Shown here piece by piece: positions 63,923 to 64,000 of a DNA stretch of 64,000 bases; within the stretch, counting starts at the first letter, position 1, and each line of letters starts with the position of its first letter. The notes under the pieces are model-generated. The model worked only from the letters and a program-made list of their open reading frames with translations. It had not been told where the DNA came from and did not search any database. A program made the translations under genes and the position numbers. Source of the DNA: a virus (taxonomy: Duplodnaviria > Caudoviricetes); IMG/VR virus record IMGVR_UViG_3300028920_000023; one strand, written 5' to 3'.

Positions 63923-64000
63923 AGTTGTCTCCGGTTTATAGATATTTACGTCGCGATAATTATTCAGTCAAATGATTCTCGATAATATCCATAATCTCGG

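Noticed and set aside
1-64000. Alternative genetic code (stop-codon reassignment)
   Set aside because: Conserved proteins (LigA, both AAA+, helicase, radical SAM) are full length in the standard code, and TAA, TAG and TGA all end genes followed by new RBSs.

Overview
This is a 64 kb segment of a large dsDNA bacteriophage-like genome. It is densely packed with short ORFs, most preceded by AGGAG-type Shine-Dalgarno sites, and uses the standard genetic code. No capsid, tail, terminase, cas, reverse transcriptase or integrase gene is recognisable in the window. Genes are mostly on + in 1-33.7 kb and mostly on - in 33.7-59 kb, and are mixed afterwards. Family names come from my recognition of motifs, not from database searches. 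Recognisable products: NAD-dependent DNA ligase, a minimal ATP-dependent nucleotidyltransferase/ligase, an unusually long sigma70-like factor, an SF2 helicase, a MoxR-type AAA+ with its vWA/HEXXH partner, a Ycf46-like AAA+ with DUF1257/DUF2997-like partners, two radical SAM enzymes, a subtilase, a P-loop kinase, a protein-kinase-like enzyme, a sulfotransferase, a HAD hydrolase, a GNAT, a DEDD exonuclease, four DUF4116-like repeat proteins and tRNA-Arg(UCU). Three features stand out. (1) About 28 dispersed elements sit at gene boundaries, always in transcript sense, and carry the hammerhead-ribozyme core (CTGANGA-G..C-GAA-hairpin) with covarying stems but mostly without a convincing stem I. (2) Seven ORFs from largely unrelated families end in the same C-terminal R-x-L-D-[LI] tag. 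(3) A patchwork of G/T-biased versus A/C-biased blocks switches abruptly, even inside genes, and may be biological or an assembly artefact.
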